Assembly: GCF_009914755.1 (NCBI RefSeq)
Contig: NC_060938.1
Direction: 5' to 3' (one strand)
From: the human T2T-CHM13v2.0 reference genome, Homo sapiens
DNA length: 64,000 nucleotides
The notes beneath the pieces were generated by a model. It was given only the letters and a program-made list of their open reading frames with translations. It made no database searches and was not told the DNA's origin. The position numbers were made by a program, and so were the translations under genes. This document shows, one piece after another, positions 25,986 through 38,080 of this stretch. Every line of letters starts with the position of its first letter. Positions within the stretch are counted from its first letter, which is position 1.

Positions 25986-28900
25986 TCCCCGTAGGCCTCA
26001 GAGCGCTCCAAATGTCCACTTGCACATGCTACGAAAAGAGTGCTTCAAAGCTGCTCTCTGAAACGGAATGTTCAACTCTATGAGTTGAATGCAAACATCA
26101 CAAAGACGTTTCTGAGAATGCTTCTGTCTAGATTTGATATGAAGATATTCCCGTTTCCAACGAAATATTCAAATCTATCCAAATGTCCACTTGCAGATTC
26201 AACAAAAAGTGTTTTTCAAAACTGCTATATCAAAAGAAAGATCCACCTCTGTTAGCTGAGTTCACACATCACAAACAAGTTTATGAGAATGCTTCTGTCT
26301 AGTTTTTATTTGAAGACATTTCCTTTCTCACCATAGACCTGAAAGCTGTCCTAATGTTCACTTCCAGATACTACAGAAAGAGTGTTTCAAAACTGCTGTA
26401 CGAAAGGGAATGTTCAACTCTGTGACTTGAATGCACACATCACAAAGAAGTTTCTGAGGATGCTGCTGTCTACTTTTTATACGTAATCCCGTTTCCAACG
26501 AAATCCTCCATGCTATCCAAATACCCACTTGCAGATTCCACAGAAAGACTGTTTCAAAACTGCTCTGTCAATAGAAAGGTTCAACTCTGTTAGCTGTGTG
26601 CATATATCACAAAGAAAATTCTGAGATTTCTTCTGTCTAGTTTTTATGGGAAGATATTTCCCTTTTCACCGTAGGCGTCAAGGCGCTCCAAATGTCCACT
26701 TCCAGATACTACAAAAAGAGTGTTTCAAACCGACTCTGTGAAAGGGAATATTCAACTCTGTTACTTGAATGCAGATATCACAAAGAAGTTTCTGAGAATG
26801 CTTCTGTCGAGATTTTATATGAAGATATTCCCGTTTCCAACGAAATCCTGAAATCTATCCAAATATCCCCTCGCAGATTCTACAAAAAGAGTGTTTCAAA
26901 ACTGCTCTGTAAAAAGAAAGGTTCAACTCTGTTAGTTGAGTACACACATCACAAACAAGTTTCACAGAATGCTTCTTTCTACCTGGTAGGGGAAGATATT
27001 CCCTTTATCACCATGGGCCTCAAACTGTCCGAAACGTCCACTTCCATATACTACAAAAAGAGCGTTTCAAACCTGCTCTATGAAAGGCAATGTTCAACTC
27101 TGTGACTTGAATGCAGACATCACAGAGCAGTTTCTGAGAATGCTTCTGTCTAGATTTTATAGGAAGATATTCCCCTTTCCAACGAAATCTTCACAGCTAT
27201 CCAAATATCCACTTGCAGATTCTACAAAAAGAGTGTATCAAAACTGCTCTGTCAAAAGGAAGGTTCTTCTCTGTTAGGTGAGTGCATACGTCATAAAGGA
27301 GTTTCTGAGAATGTTTCTGTCTAGTGGTTATGGGAAGATATTTGCTTTTTCACCATAGGCCTCAGAGCGCTCCAAATATCCACTTGCACATACTACAAAA
27401 AGAGTGCTTCAAAGCTGCTCTCTGAAAGGGAATGTTCAACTCTATGAGTTGAATGCTAACATCACAAAGACGTTTCTGAGAATGCTTCTGTCTAGATTTG
27501 ATATGAAGATATTCCCGTTTCCAACGAAATCTTCTAATCTATCCAAATGTGCACTTGCAGATTCAACAAAAAGTGTTTTTCAGAACTGCTCTATCAAAAG
27601 AAAGATCCACCTCTGTTAGCTGAGTTCACACATCACAAACAAGTTTACGAGAATGCTTCTGTCTAGTTTTTATTTGAAGATATTTCCTTTCTCACCATAG
27701 ACCTGAAAGCTGTCCTAATGTTCACTTCCAGATACTACAGAAAGAGTGTTTCAAAACTGCTGTACGAAAGGGAATGTTCAACTCTGTGACTTGAATGCAC
27801 ACATCACAAAGAAGTTTCTGAGGATGCTGCTGTCTACTTTTTATACGTAATCCCGTTTCCAACGAAATCCTCCAAGCTATCCAAATATCCACTTGCAGAT
27901 TCCACAGAAAGACTGTTTCAAAACTGCTCTGTCAATAGAAAAGTTCAACTCTGTTAGCTGTGTCCATATATCCCAAAGAAGATTCTGAGATTGCTTCTGT
28001 CTAGTTTTTATGGGAAGATATTTCCCTTTTCACCGTAGGTGTCAAGGCGCTCCAAATGTCCACTTCCAGATACTACAAAAAGATTGTTTCAAACCTACTC
28101 TGTGAAAGGGAATATTCAACTCTGTGACTTGAATGCAGATATCACAAAGAAGTTTCTGAGAATGCTTCTGTCGAGATTTTATATGAAGATATTCCCGTTC
28201 CCAACGAAATCTTGAAATCTATCCAAATACCCCTCGCAGATTCTACAAAAAGAGTGTTTCAAAACTGCTCTGTAAAAGAAAGGTTCAACTCTGTTAGTTG
28301 AGTACACACATCACAAACAAGTTTCACACAATGCTTCTTTCTAGCTTGTAGGGGAAGATATTTCCTTTATCACCATGGGCCTTAAACCGTCCGAAACGTC
28401 CACTTCCATATACTAAAAAAAGAGTGTTTGAAACCTGCTCTATGAAAGGCAATGTTCAACTCTGTGACTTGAATGCAGACATCACAGAGCAGTTTCTGAG
28501 AATGCTTCTGTCCAGACTTTATAGGAAGATATTCCCGATTCCAACGAAATCTTCACATCTATCCAAATATCCACTTGCAGATACTACAAAAAGAGTGTAT
28601 CAAAAAAGCTCTGTCAAAAGGAAAGTTCTTTTCTGCTAGTTGAGTACATACGTCATAAAGAAGTTTCTGAGAATGTTTCTGTCTAGTTGTTATGGGAAGA
28701 TATTTGCTTTTTCCCCGTAGGCCTCAGAGCGCTCCAAATGTCCACTTGAACATACTACAAAAAGAGTGCTTCAAAGCTGCTCTCTGAAAGGGAATGTTCA
28801 ACTCTATGAGTTCAATGCAAACATCACAAAGACGTTTCTGAGAATGCTTCTGTCTAGATTTGTTATGAAGATATACCCGTTTCCAACGAAATCTTCAAAT

Positions 28901-29539
28901 CTATGCAAATGTCCACTTGCAGATTCAACAAAGTGTTTTTCAAAACTGCTGTATCAAAAGAAAGATCCACCTGTGTTAGCTGAGTTCACACTTCACAAAC
29001 AAGTTTATCAGAATTCTTCTGTCTAGTTTTTATTTGAAGATATTTCCTTTCTCACCATAGACCTGAAAGCTCTCCTAATGTTCACTTCCAGACACTACAG
29101 AAAGAGTGTTTCAAAACTGCTGTATGAAAGGGAATGTTCAACTCTGTGACTTGAATGCACACATCACAAAGAAGTTTCTGAGGATGCTGCAGTCTACTTT
29201 TTATACGTAATCCCGTTTCCAAAGAAAACCTCCAAGCTATCCAAATATCCACTTGCAGATTCCACAGAAAGACTGTTTCAAAACTGCTCTGTCAATAGAA
29301 AGGTTCAACTCTGTTAGCTCCGTGCATATATCCCAAAGAAGATTCTGAGATTGCTTCTGTCTAGTTTTTATGGGAAGATATTTCCCTTTTCACCGTAGGC
29401 GTCAAGCCGCTCCAAATGTCCACTTCCAGATACTACAAAAAGAGTGTTCCAATCCTACTCTGTGAAAGGGAATATTCAACTCTGTGACTTGAATGCAGAT
29501 ATCACAAAGAAGTTTCTGAGAATGCTTCTGTCGAGATTT

Positions 29540-30905
29540 TATATGAAGATATTCCCGTTTCCAACGAAATCCTGAAATCTATCCAAATATCCCCTCGCAG
29601 ATTCTACAAAAAGAGTGTTTCAAAACTGCTCTGTAAAAAGAAAGGTTCAACTCTGTTAGTTGAGTACACACATCACAAACAAGTTTCACAGAATGCTTCT
29701 TTCTAGCTTGTAGGGGAAGATATTTCCTTTATCACCATGGTCCTCAAAATGTCCGAAACGTCCCCTTCCATAAACTAAAAAAAGAGTGTTTGAAACCTGC
29801 TCTATGAAAAGCAATGTTCAACTCTGTGACTTGAATGCAGACATCACAGAGCAGTTTCTGAGAATGCTTCTGTCCAGACTTTATAGGAAGATATTCCCGT
29901 TTCCAACGAAATCTTCACAGCTATCCAAATATCCACCTGCAGATACTACAAAAAGAGTGTATCAAAAATGCTTTCTCAAAAGGAAAGTTCTTCTCTGCTA
30001 GTTGAGTACATACGTCATAAAGTAGTTTCTGAGAATGTTTCTGTCTAGTGGTTATGGGAAGATATTTGCTTTTTCCCCGTAGGCCTCAGAGCGCTCCAAA
30101 TGTCCACTTGCACATGCTACAAAAAGAGTGCTTCAAAGCTGCTCTCTGAAACGGAATGTTCAACTCTATGAGTTGAATGCAAACATCACAAAGACGTTTC
30201 TGAGAATGCTTCTGTCTAGATTTTATATGAAGATATTCCCGTTTCCAACGAAATCCTGAAATCTATCCAAATATCCCCTCGCAGATTCTACAAAAGGAGT
30301 GTTTCAAAACTGCTCTGTAAAAAGAAAGGTTCAACTCTGTTAGTTGAGTACACACATCACAAACAAGTTTCACAGAATGCTTCTTTCTAGCTTGTAGGGG
30401 AAGATATTTCCTTTATCACCATGGTCCTCAAAATGTCCGAAACGTCCCCTTCCATAAACTAAAAAAAGAGTGTTTGAAACCTGCTCTATGAAAAGCAATG
30501 TTCAACTCTGTGACTTGAATGCAGACATCACAGAGCAGTTTCTGAGAATGCTTCTGTCCAGACTTTATAGGAAGATATTCCCGTTTCCAACGAAATCTTC
30601 ACAGCTATCCAAATATCCACCTGCAGATACTACAAAAAGAGTGTATCAAAAATGCTCTCTCAAAAGGAAAGTTCTTCTCTACTAGTTGAGTACATACGTC
30701 ATAAAGTAGTTTCTGAGAATGTTTCTGTCTAGTGGTTATGGGAAGATATTTGCTTTTTCCCCGTAGGCCTCAGAGCGCTCCAAATGTCCACTTGCACATG
30801 CTACAAAAAGAGTGCTTCAAAGCTGCTCTCTGAAACGGAATGTTCAACTCTATGAGTTGAATGCAAACATCACAAAGACGTTTCTGAGAATGCTTCTGTC
30901 TAGAT
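29540..30905. repeat. In-register 4-mer (684 bp) tandem duplication with a B3/B1 hybrid monomer at ~30220
   Basis: ORF pair 29786/30470 is offset by 684. The hybrid reads aaagacgtttctgagaatgcttctgtctaga|ttttatatgaag...aaatcctgaaatc. Shared private SNVs: cgtccccttcc, atccacctgc, ctcaaaagg, aaagtagttt. Confidence 0.92.
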
Positions 30906-31619
30906 TTGATAGGAAGATATTCCCGTTTCCAACGAAATCTTCAAATCTATCCAAATGTCCACTTGCAGATTCAACAAAGTGTTTTTCAAAACTGCTGTAT
31001 CAAAAGAAAGATCCACCTGTGTTAGCTGAGTTCACACTTCACAAACAAGTTTATCAGAATTCTTCTGTCTAGTTTTTATTTGAAGATATATCCTTTCTCA
31101 CTATAGACCTGAAAGCTCTCCTAATGTTCACTTCCAGATACTACAGAAAGAGTGTTTCAAAACTGCTGTACGAAAGGGAATGTTCAACTCTGTGACTTGA
31201 ATGCACACATCACAAAGAAGATTCTGAGGATGCTGCTGTCTACTTTTTATACGTAATCCCGTTTCCAACGAAATCCTCCAAGCTACCCAAATATCCACTT
31301 GCAGATTCCACAGAAAGACTGTTTCAAAACTGCTCTGTCAATAGAAAGGTTCAACTCTGTTAGCTGCGTGCATATATCCCAAAGAAGATTCTGAGATTGC
31401 TTCTGTCTAGTTTTTATGGGAAGATATTTCCCTTTTCACCGTAGGCGTCAAGGCGCTCCAAATGTCAACTTCCAGTTACTACAAAAAGAGTGTTTCAAAC
31501 CTACTCTGTGAAAGGGAATATTCAACTCTGTGACTTGAATGCACATATCACAAAGAAGTTTCTGAGAATGCTTCTGTCGAGATTTTATATGAAGATATTC
31601 CCGTTTCCAACGAAATCCT

Positions 31620-34600
31620 GAAATGTATCCAAATATCCCCTCGCAGATTCTACAAAAAGAGTGTTTCAAAACTGCTCTGTAAAAAGAAAGGTTCAACTCT
31701 GTTAGTTGAGTACACACATCAGAAATAAGTTTCACACAATGCTTCTTTCTAGCTTGTAGGGGAAGATATTCCCTTTATCACCATGGGCCTCCAACCGTCT
31801 GAAACGTCCACTTCCATATACTACAAAAAGAGCATTTCAAACCTGCTCTATGAAAGGCAATGTTCAACTCTGTGACTTGAATGCAGACATCACAGAGCAG
31901 TTTCTGAGAATGCTTCTGTCTAGATTTTATAGGAAGATATTCCCGTTTCCAACGAAATCTTCACAGCTATCCAAATATCCACTTGCAGATTCTACAAAAA
32001 GAGTGTATCAAAACTGCTCTGTCAAAAGGAAGGTTCTTCTCTGTTAGGTGAGTGCATACGTCATAAAGGAGTTTCTGAGAATGTTTCTGTCTAGTGGTTA
32101 TGGGAAGATATTTGCTTTTTCCCCGTAGGCCTCAGGGCGCTCCAAATGTCCACTTGCACATGCTACAAAAAGAGTGCTTCAAAGCTGCTCTCTGAAAGGG
32201 AATGTTCAACTCTATGAGTTGAATGCAAACATCACAAAGACGTTTCTGAGAATGCTTCTGTCTAGATTTGATATGAAGATATTCCCGTTTCCAACGAAAT
32301 CTTCAAATCTATCCAAATGTCCACTTGCAGATTCAACAAAAAGTGTTTTTCAGAACTGCTCTATCAAAAGAAAGATCCACCTCTGTTAGCTGAGTTCACA
32401 CATCACAAACAAGTTTATGAGAATGCTTCTGTCTAGTTTTTATTTGAAGATATTTCCTTTCTCACCATAGAGCTGAAAGCTGTCCTAATGTTCACTTCCA
32501 GATACTACAGAAAGAGTGTTTCAAAACTGCTGTACGAAAGGGAATGTTCAACTCTGTGACTTGAATGCACACATCACAAAGAAGTTTCTGAGGATGCTGC
32601 TGTCTACTTTTTATACTTAATCCCGTTTCCAACGAAATCCTCCAAGCTATCGAAATATCCACTTGCAGATTCCACAGAAAGACTGTTTCAAAACTGCTCT
32701 GTCAATAGAAAGGTTCAACTCTGTTAGCTGCGTGCATATATCCCAAAGAAGATTCTGAGATTGCTTCTGTCTAGTTTTTATGGGAAGATATTTCCCTTTT
32801 CACCGTAGGTGTCAAGGCGCTCCAAATGTCCACTTCCAGATACTACAAAAAGAGTGTTTCAAACCTACTCTGTGAAAGGGAATATTCAACTCTGTGACTT
32901 GAATGCACATATCACAAAGAAGTTTCTGAGAATGCTTCTGTCGAGATTTTATATGAAGATATTCCCGTTTCCAACGAAATCCTGAAATGTATCCAAATAT
33001 CCCCTCGCAGATTCTACAAAAAGAGTGTTTCAAAACTGCTCTGTAAAAAGAAAGGTTCAACTCTGTTAGTTGAGTACACACATCACAAATAAGTTTCACA
33101 CAATGCTTCTTTCTAGCTTGCAGGGGAAGATATTCCCTTTATCACCATGGGCCTCAAACCGTCTGAAACGTCCACTTCCATATACTACAAAAAGAGCATT
33201 TCAAACCTGCTCTATGAAAGGCAATGTTCAACTCTGTGACTTGAATGCAGACATCACAGAGCAGTTTCTGAGAATGCTTCTGTCTAGATTTTATAGGAAG
33301 ATATTCCCGTTTCCAACGAAATCTTCACAGCTATCCAAATATCCACTTGCAGATTCTACAAAAAGAGTGTATCAAAACTGCTCTGTCAAAAGGAAGGTTC
33401 TTCTCTGTTAGGTGAGTGCATACGTCATAAAGGAGTTTCTGAGAATGTTTCTGTCTAGTGGTTATGGGAAGATATTTGCTTTTTCCCCGTAGGCCTCAGG
33501 GCGCTCCAAATGTCCACTTGCACATGCTACAAAAAGAGTGCTTCAAAGCTGCTCTCTGAAAGGGAATGTTCAACTCTATGAGTTGAATGCAAACATCACA
33601 AAGACGTTTCTGAGAATGCTTCTGTCTAGATTTGATATGAAGATATTCCCGTTTCCAACGAAATCTTCAAATCTATCCAAATGTCCACTTGCAGATTCAA
33701 CAAAAAGTGTTTTTCAGAACTGCTCTATCAAAAGAAAGATCCACCTCTGTTAGCTGAGTTCACACATCACAAACAAGTTTATGAGAATGCTTCTGTCTAG
33801 TTTTTATTTGAAGATATTTCCTTTCTCACCATAGAGCTGAAAGCTGTCCTAATGTTCACTTCCAGATACTACAGAAAGAGTGTTTCAAAACTGCTGTACG
33901 AAAGGGAATGTTCAACTCTGTGACTTGAATGCACACATCACAAAGAAGTTTCTGAGGATGCTGCTGTCTACTTTTTATACTTAATCCCGTTTCCAACGAA
34001 ATCCTCCAAGCTATCGAAATATCCACTTGCAGATTCCACAGAAAGACTGTTTCAAAACTGCTCTGTCAATAGAAAGGTTCAACTCTGTTAGCTGCGTGCA
34101 TATATCCCAAAGAAGATTCTGAGATTGCTTCCGTCTAGTTTTTATGGGAAGATATTTCCCTTTTCACCGTAGGTGTCAAGGCGCTCCAAATGTCCACTTC
34201 CAGATACTACAAAAAGAGTGTTTCAAACCTACTCTGTGAAAGGGAATATTCAACTCTGTGACTTGAATGCACATATCACAAAGAAGTTTCTGAGAATGCT
34301 TCTGTCGAGATTTTATATGAAGATATTCCCGTTTCCAACGAAATCCTGAAATGTATCCAAATATCCCCTCGCAGATTCTACAAAAAGAGTGTTTCAAAAC
34401 TGCTCTGTAAAAAGAAAGGTTCAACTCTGTTAGTTGAGTACACACATCACAAATAAGTTTCACACAATGCTTCTTTCTAGCTTGCAGGGGAAGATATTCC
34501 CTTTATCACCATGGGCCTCAAACCGTCTGAAACGTCCACTTCCATATACTACAAAAAGAGCATTTCAAACCTGCTCTATGAAAGGCAATGTTCAACTCTG

Positions 34601-37600
34601 TGACTTGAATGCAGACATCACAGAGCAGTTTCTGAGAATGCTTCTGTCTAGATTTTATAGGAAGATATTCCCGTTTCCAACGAAATCTTCACAGCTATCC
34701 AAATATCCACTTGCAGATTCTACAAAAAGAGTGTATCAAAACTGCTCTGTCAAAAGGAAGGTTCTTCTCTGTTAGGTGAGTGCATACGTCATAAAGGAGT
34801 TTCTGAGAATGTTTCTGTCTAGTGGTTATGGGAAGATATTTGCTTTTTCCCCGTAGGCCTCAGGGCGCTCCAAATGTCCACTTGCACATGCTACAAAAAG
34901 AGTGCTTCAAAGCTGCTCTCTGAAAGGGAATGTTCAACTCTATGAGTTGAATGCAAACATCGCAAAGACGTTTCTGAGAATGCTTCTGTCTAGATGTGAT
35001 ATGAAGATATTCCCGTTTCCAACGAAATCTTCAAATCTATCCAAATGTCCACTTGCAGATTCAACAAAAAGTGTTTTTCAGAACTGCTCTATCAAAAGAA
35101 AGATCCACCTCTGTTAGCTGAGTTCAGACATCACAAACAAGTTTATGAGAATGCTTCTGTCTAGTTTTTATTTGAAGATATTTCCTTTCTCACCATAGAG
35201 CTGAAAGCTGTCCTAATGTTCACTTCCAGTTACTACAGAAAGAGTGTTTCAAAACTGCTGTACGAAAGGGAATGTTCAACTCTGTGACTTGAATGCACAC
35301 ATCACAAAGAAGTTTCTGAGGATGCTGCTGTCTACTTTTTATACTTAATCCCGTTTCCAACGAAATCCTCCAAGCTATCCAAATATCCACTTGCAGATTC
35401 CACAGAAAGACTGTTTCAAAACTGCTCTGTCAATAGAAAGGTTCAACTCTGTTAGCTGCGTGCATATATCCCAAAGAAGATTCTGAGATTGCTTCTGTCT
35501 AGTTTTTATGGGAAGATATTTCCCTTTTCACCGTAGGTGTCAAGGCGCTCCAAATGTCCACTTCCAGATACTACAAAAAGAGTGTTTCAAACCTACTCTG
35601 TGAAAGGGAATATTCAACTCTGTGACTTGAATGCACATATCACAAAGAAGTTTCTGAGAATGCTTCTGTCGAGATTTTATATGAAGATATTCCCGTTTCC
35701 AACGAAATCCTGAAATGTATCCAAATATCCCCTCGCAGATTCTACAAAAAGAGTGTTTCAAAACTGCTCTGTAAAAAGAAAGGTTCAACTCTGTTAGTTG
35801 AGTACACACATCACAAATAAGTTTCACACAATGCTTCTTTCTAGCTTGCAGGGGAAGATATTCCCTTTATCACCATGGGCCTCAAACCGTCTGAAACGTC
35901 CACTTCCATATACTACAAAAAGAGCATTTCAAACCTGCTCTATGAAAGGCAATGTTCAACTCTGTGACTTGAATGCAGACATCACAGAGCAGTTTCTGAG
36001 AATGCTTCTGTCTAGATTTTATAGGAAGATATTCCCGTTTCCAACGAAATCTTCACAGCTATCCAAATATCCACTTGCAGATTCTACAAAAAGAGTGTAT
36101 CAAAACTGCTCTGTCAAAAGGAAGGTTCTTCTCTGTTAGGTGAGTGCATACGTCATAAAGGAGTTTCTGAGAATGTTTCTGTCTAGTGGTTATGGGAAGA
36201 TATTTGCTTTTTCCCCGTAGGCCTCAGGGCGCTCCAAATGTCCACTTGCACATGCTACAAAAAGAGTGCTTCAAAGCTGCTCTCTGAAAGGGAATGTTCA
36301 ACTCTATGAGTTGAATGCAAACATCGCAAAGACGTTTCTGAGAATGCTTCTGTCTAGATGTGATATGAAGATATTCCCGTTTCCAACGAAATCTTCAAAT
36401 CTATCCAAATGTCCACTTGCAGATTCAACAAAAAGTGTTTTTCAGAACTGCTCTATCAAAAGAAAGATCCACCTCTGTTAGCTGAGTTCAGACATCACAA
36501 ACAAGTTTATGAGAATGCTTCTGTCTAGTTTTTATTTGAAGATATTTCCTTTCTCACCATAGACCTGAAAGCTGTCCTAATGTTCACTTCCAGTTACTAC
36601 AGAAAGAGTGTTTCAAAACTGCTGTACGAAAGGGAATGTTCAACTCTGTGACTTGAATGCACACATCACAAAGAAGTTTCTGAGGATGCTGCTGTCTACT
36701 TTTTATACTTAATCCCGTTTCCAACGAAATCCTCCAAGCTATCCAAATATCCACTTGCAGATTCCACAGAAAGACTGTTTCAAAACTGCTCTGTCAATAG
36801 AAAGGTTCAACTCTGTTAGCTGCGTGCATATATCCCAAAGAAGATTCTGAGATTGCTTCTGTCTAGTTTTTATGGGAAGATATTTCCCTTTTCACCGTAG
36901 GCGTCAAGGCGCTCCAAATGTCCACTTCCAGATACTACAAAAAGAGTGTTTCAAACCTACTCTGTGAAAGGGAATATTCAACTCTGTGACTTGAATGCAC
37001 ATATCACAAGGAAGTTTCTGAGAATGCTTCTGTCGAGATTTTATATGAAGATATTCCCGTTTCCAACGAAATCCTGAAATGTACCCAAATATCCCCTCGC
37101 AGATTCTACAAAAAGAGTGTTTCAAAACTGCTCTGTAAAAAGAAAGGTTCAACTCTGTTAGTTGAGTACACACATCACAAATAAGTTTCACACAATGCTT
37201 CTTTCTAGCTTGTAGGGTAACATATTCCCTTTATCACCATGGGCCTCAAACCGTCTGAAACGTCCACTTCCATATACTACAAAAAGAGCATTTCAAACCT
37301 GCTCTATGAAAGGCAATGTTCAACTCTGTGACTTGAATGCAGACATCACAGAGCAGTTTCTGAGAATGCTTCTGTCTAGATTTTATAGGAAGATATTCCC
37401 GTTTCCAACGAAATCTTCACAGCTATCCAAATATCCACTTGCAGATTCTACAAAAAGAGTGTATCAAAACTGCTCTGTCAAAAGGAAGGTTCTTCTCTGT
37501 TAGGTGAGTGCATACGTCATAAAGGAGTTTCTGAGAATGTTTCTGTCTAGTGGTTATGGGAAGATATTTGCTTTTTCCCCGTAGGCCTCAGGGCGCTCCA

Positions 37601-38080
37601 AATGTCCACTTGCACATGCTACAAAAAGAGTGCTTCAAAGCTGCTCTCTGAAAGGGAATGTTCAACTCTATGAGTTGAATGCAAACATCACAAAGACGTT
37701 TCTGAGAATGCTTCTGTCTAGATTTGATATGAAGATATTCCCGTTTCCAACGAAATCTTCAAATCTATCCAAATGTCCACTTGCAGATTCAACAAAAAGT
37801 GTTTTTCAGAACTGCTCTATCAAAAGAAAGATCCACCTCTGTTAGCTGAGTTCACACATCACAAACAAGTTTATGAGAATGCTTCTGTCTAGTTTTTATT
37901 TGAAGATATTTCCTTTCTCACCATAGACCTGAAAGCTGTCCTAATGTTCACTTCCAGTTACTACAGAAAGAGTGTTTCAAAACTGCTGTACGAAAGGGAA
38001 TGTTCAACTCTGTGACTTGAATGCACACATCACAAAGAAGTTTCTGAGGATGCTGCTGTCTACTTTTTATACTTAATCCC
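31620..38080. repeat. Homogeneous HOR-haplotype block (about 4.7 near-identical tandem HORs)
   Basis: Diagnostic alleles ctgaaatgta, aaataagtttcacacaatg, ccgtctgaaacg, gagcatttc, ctcagggcgc and tatacttaatcc repeat at exactly 1364 bp. Confidence 0.9.
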
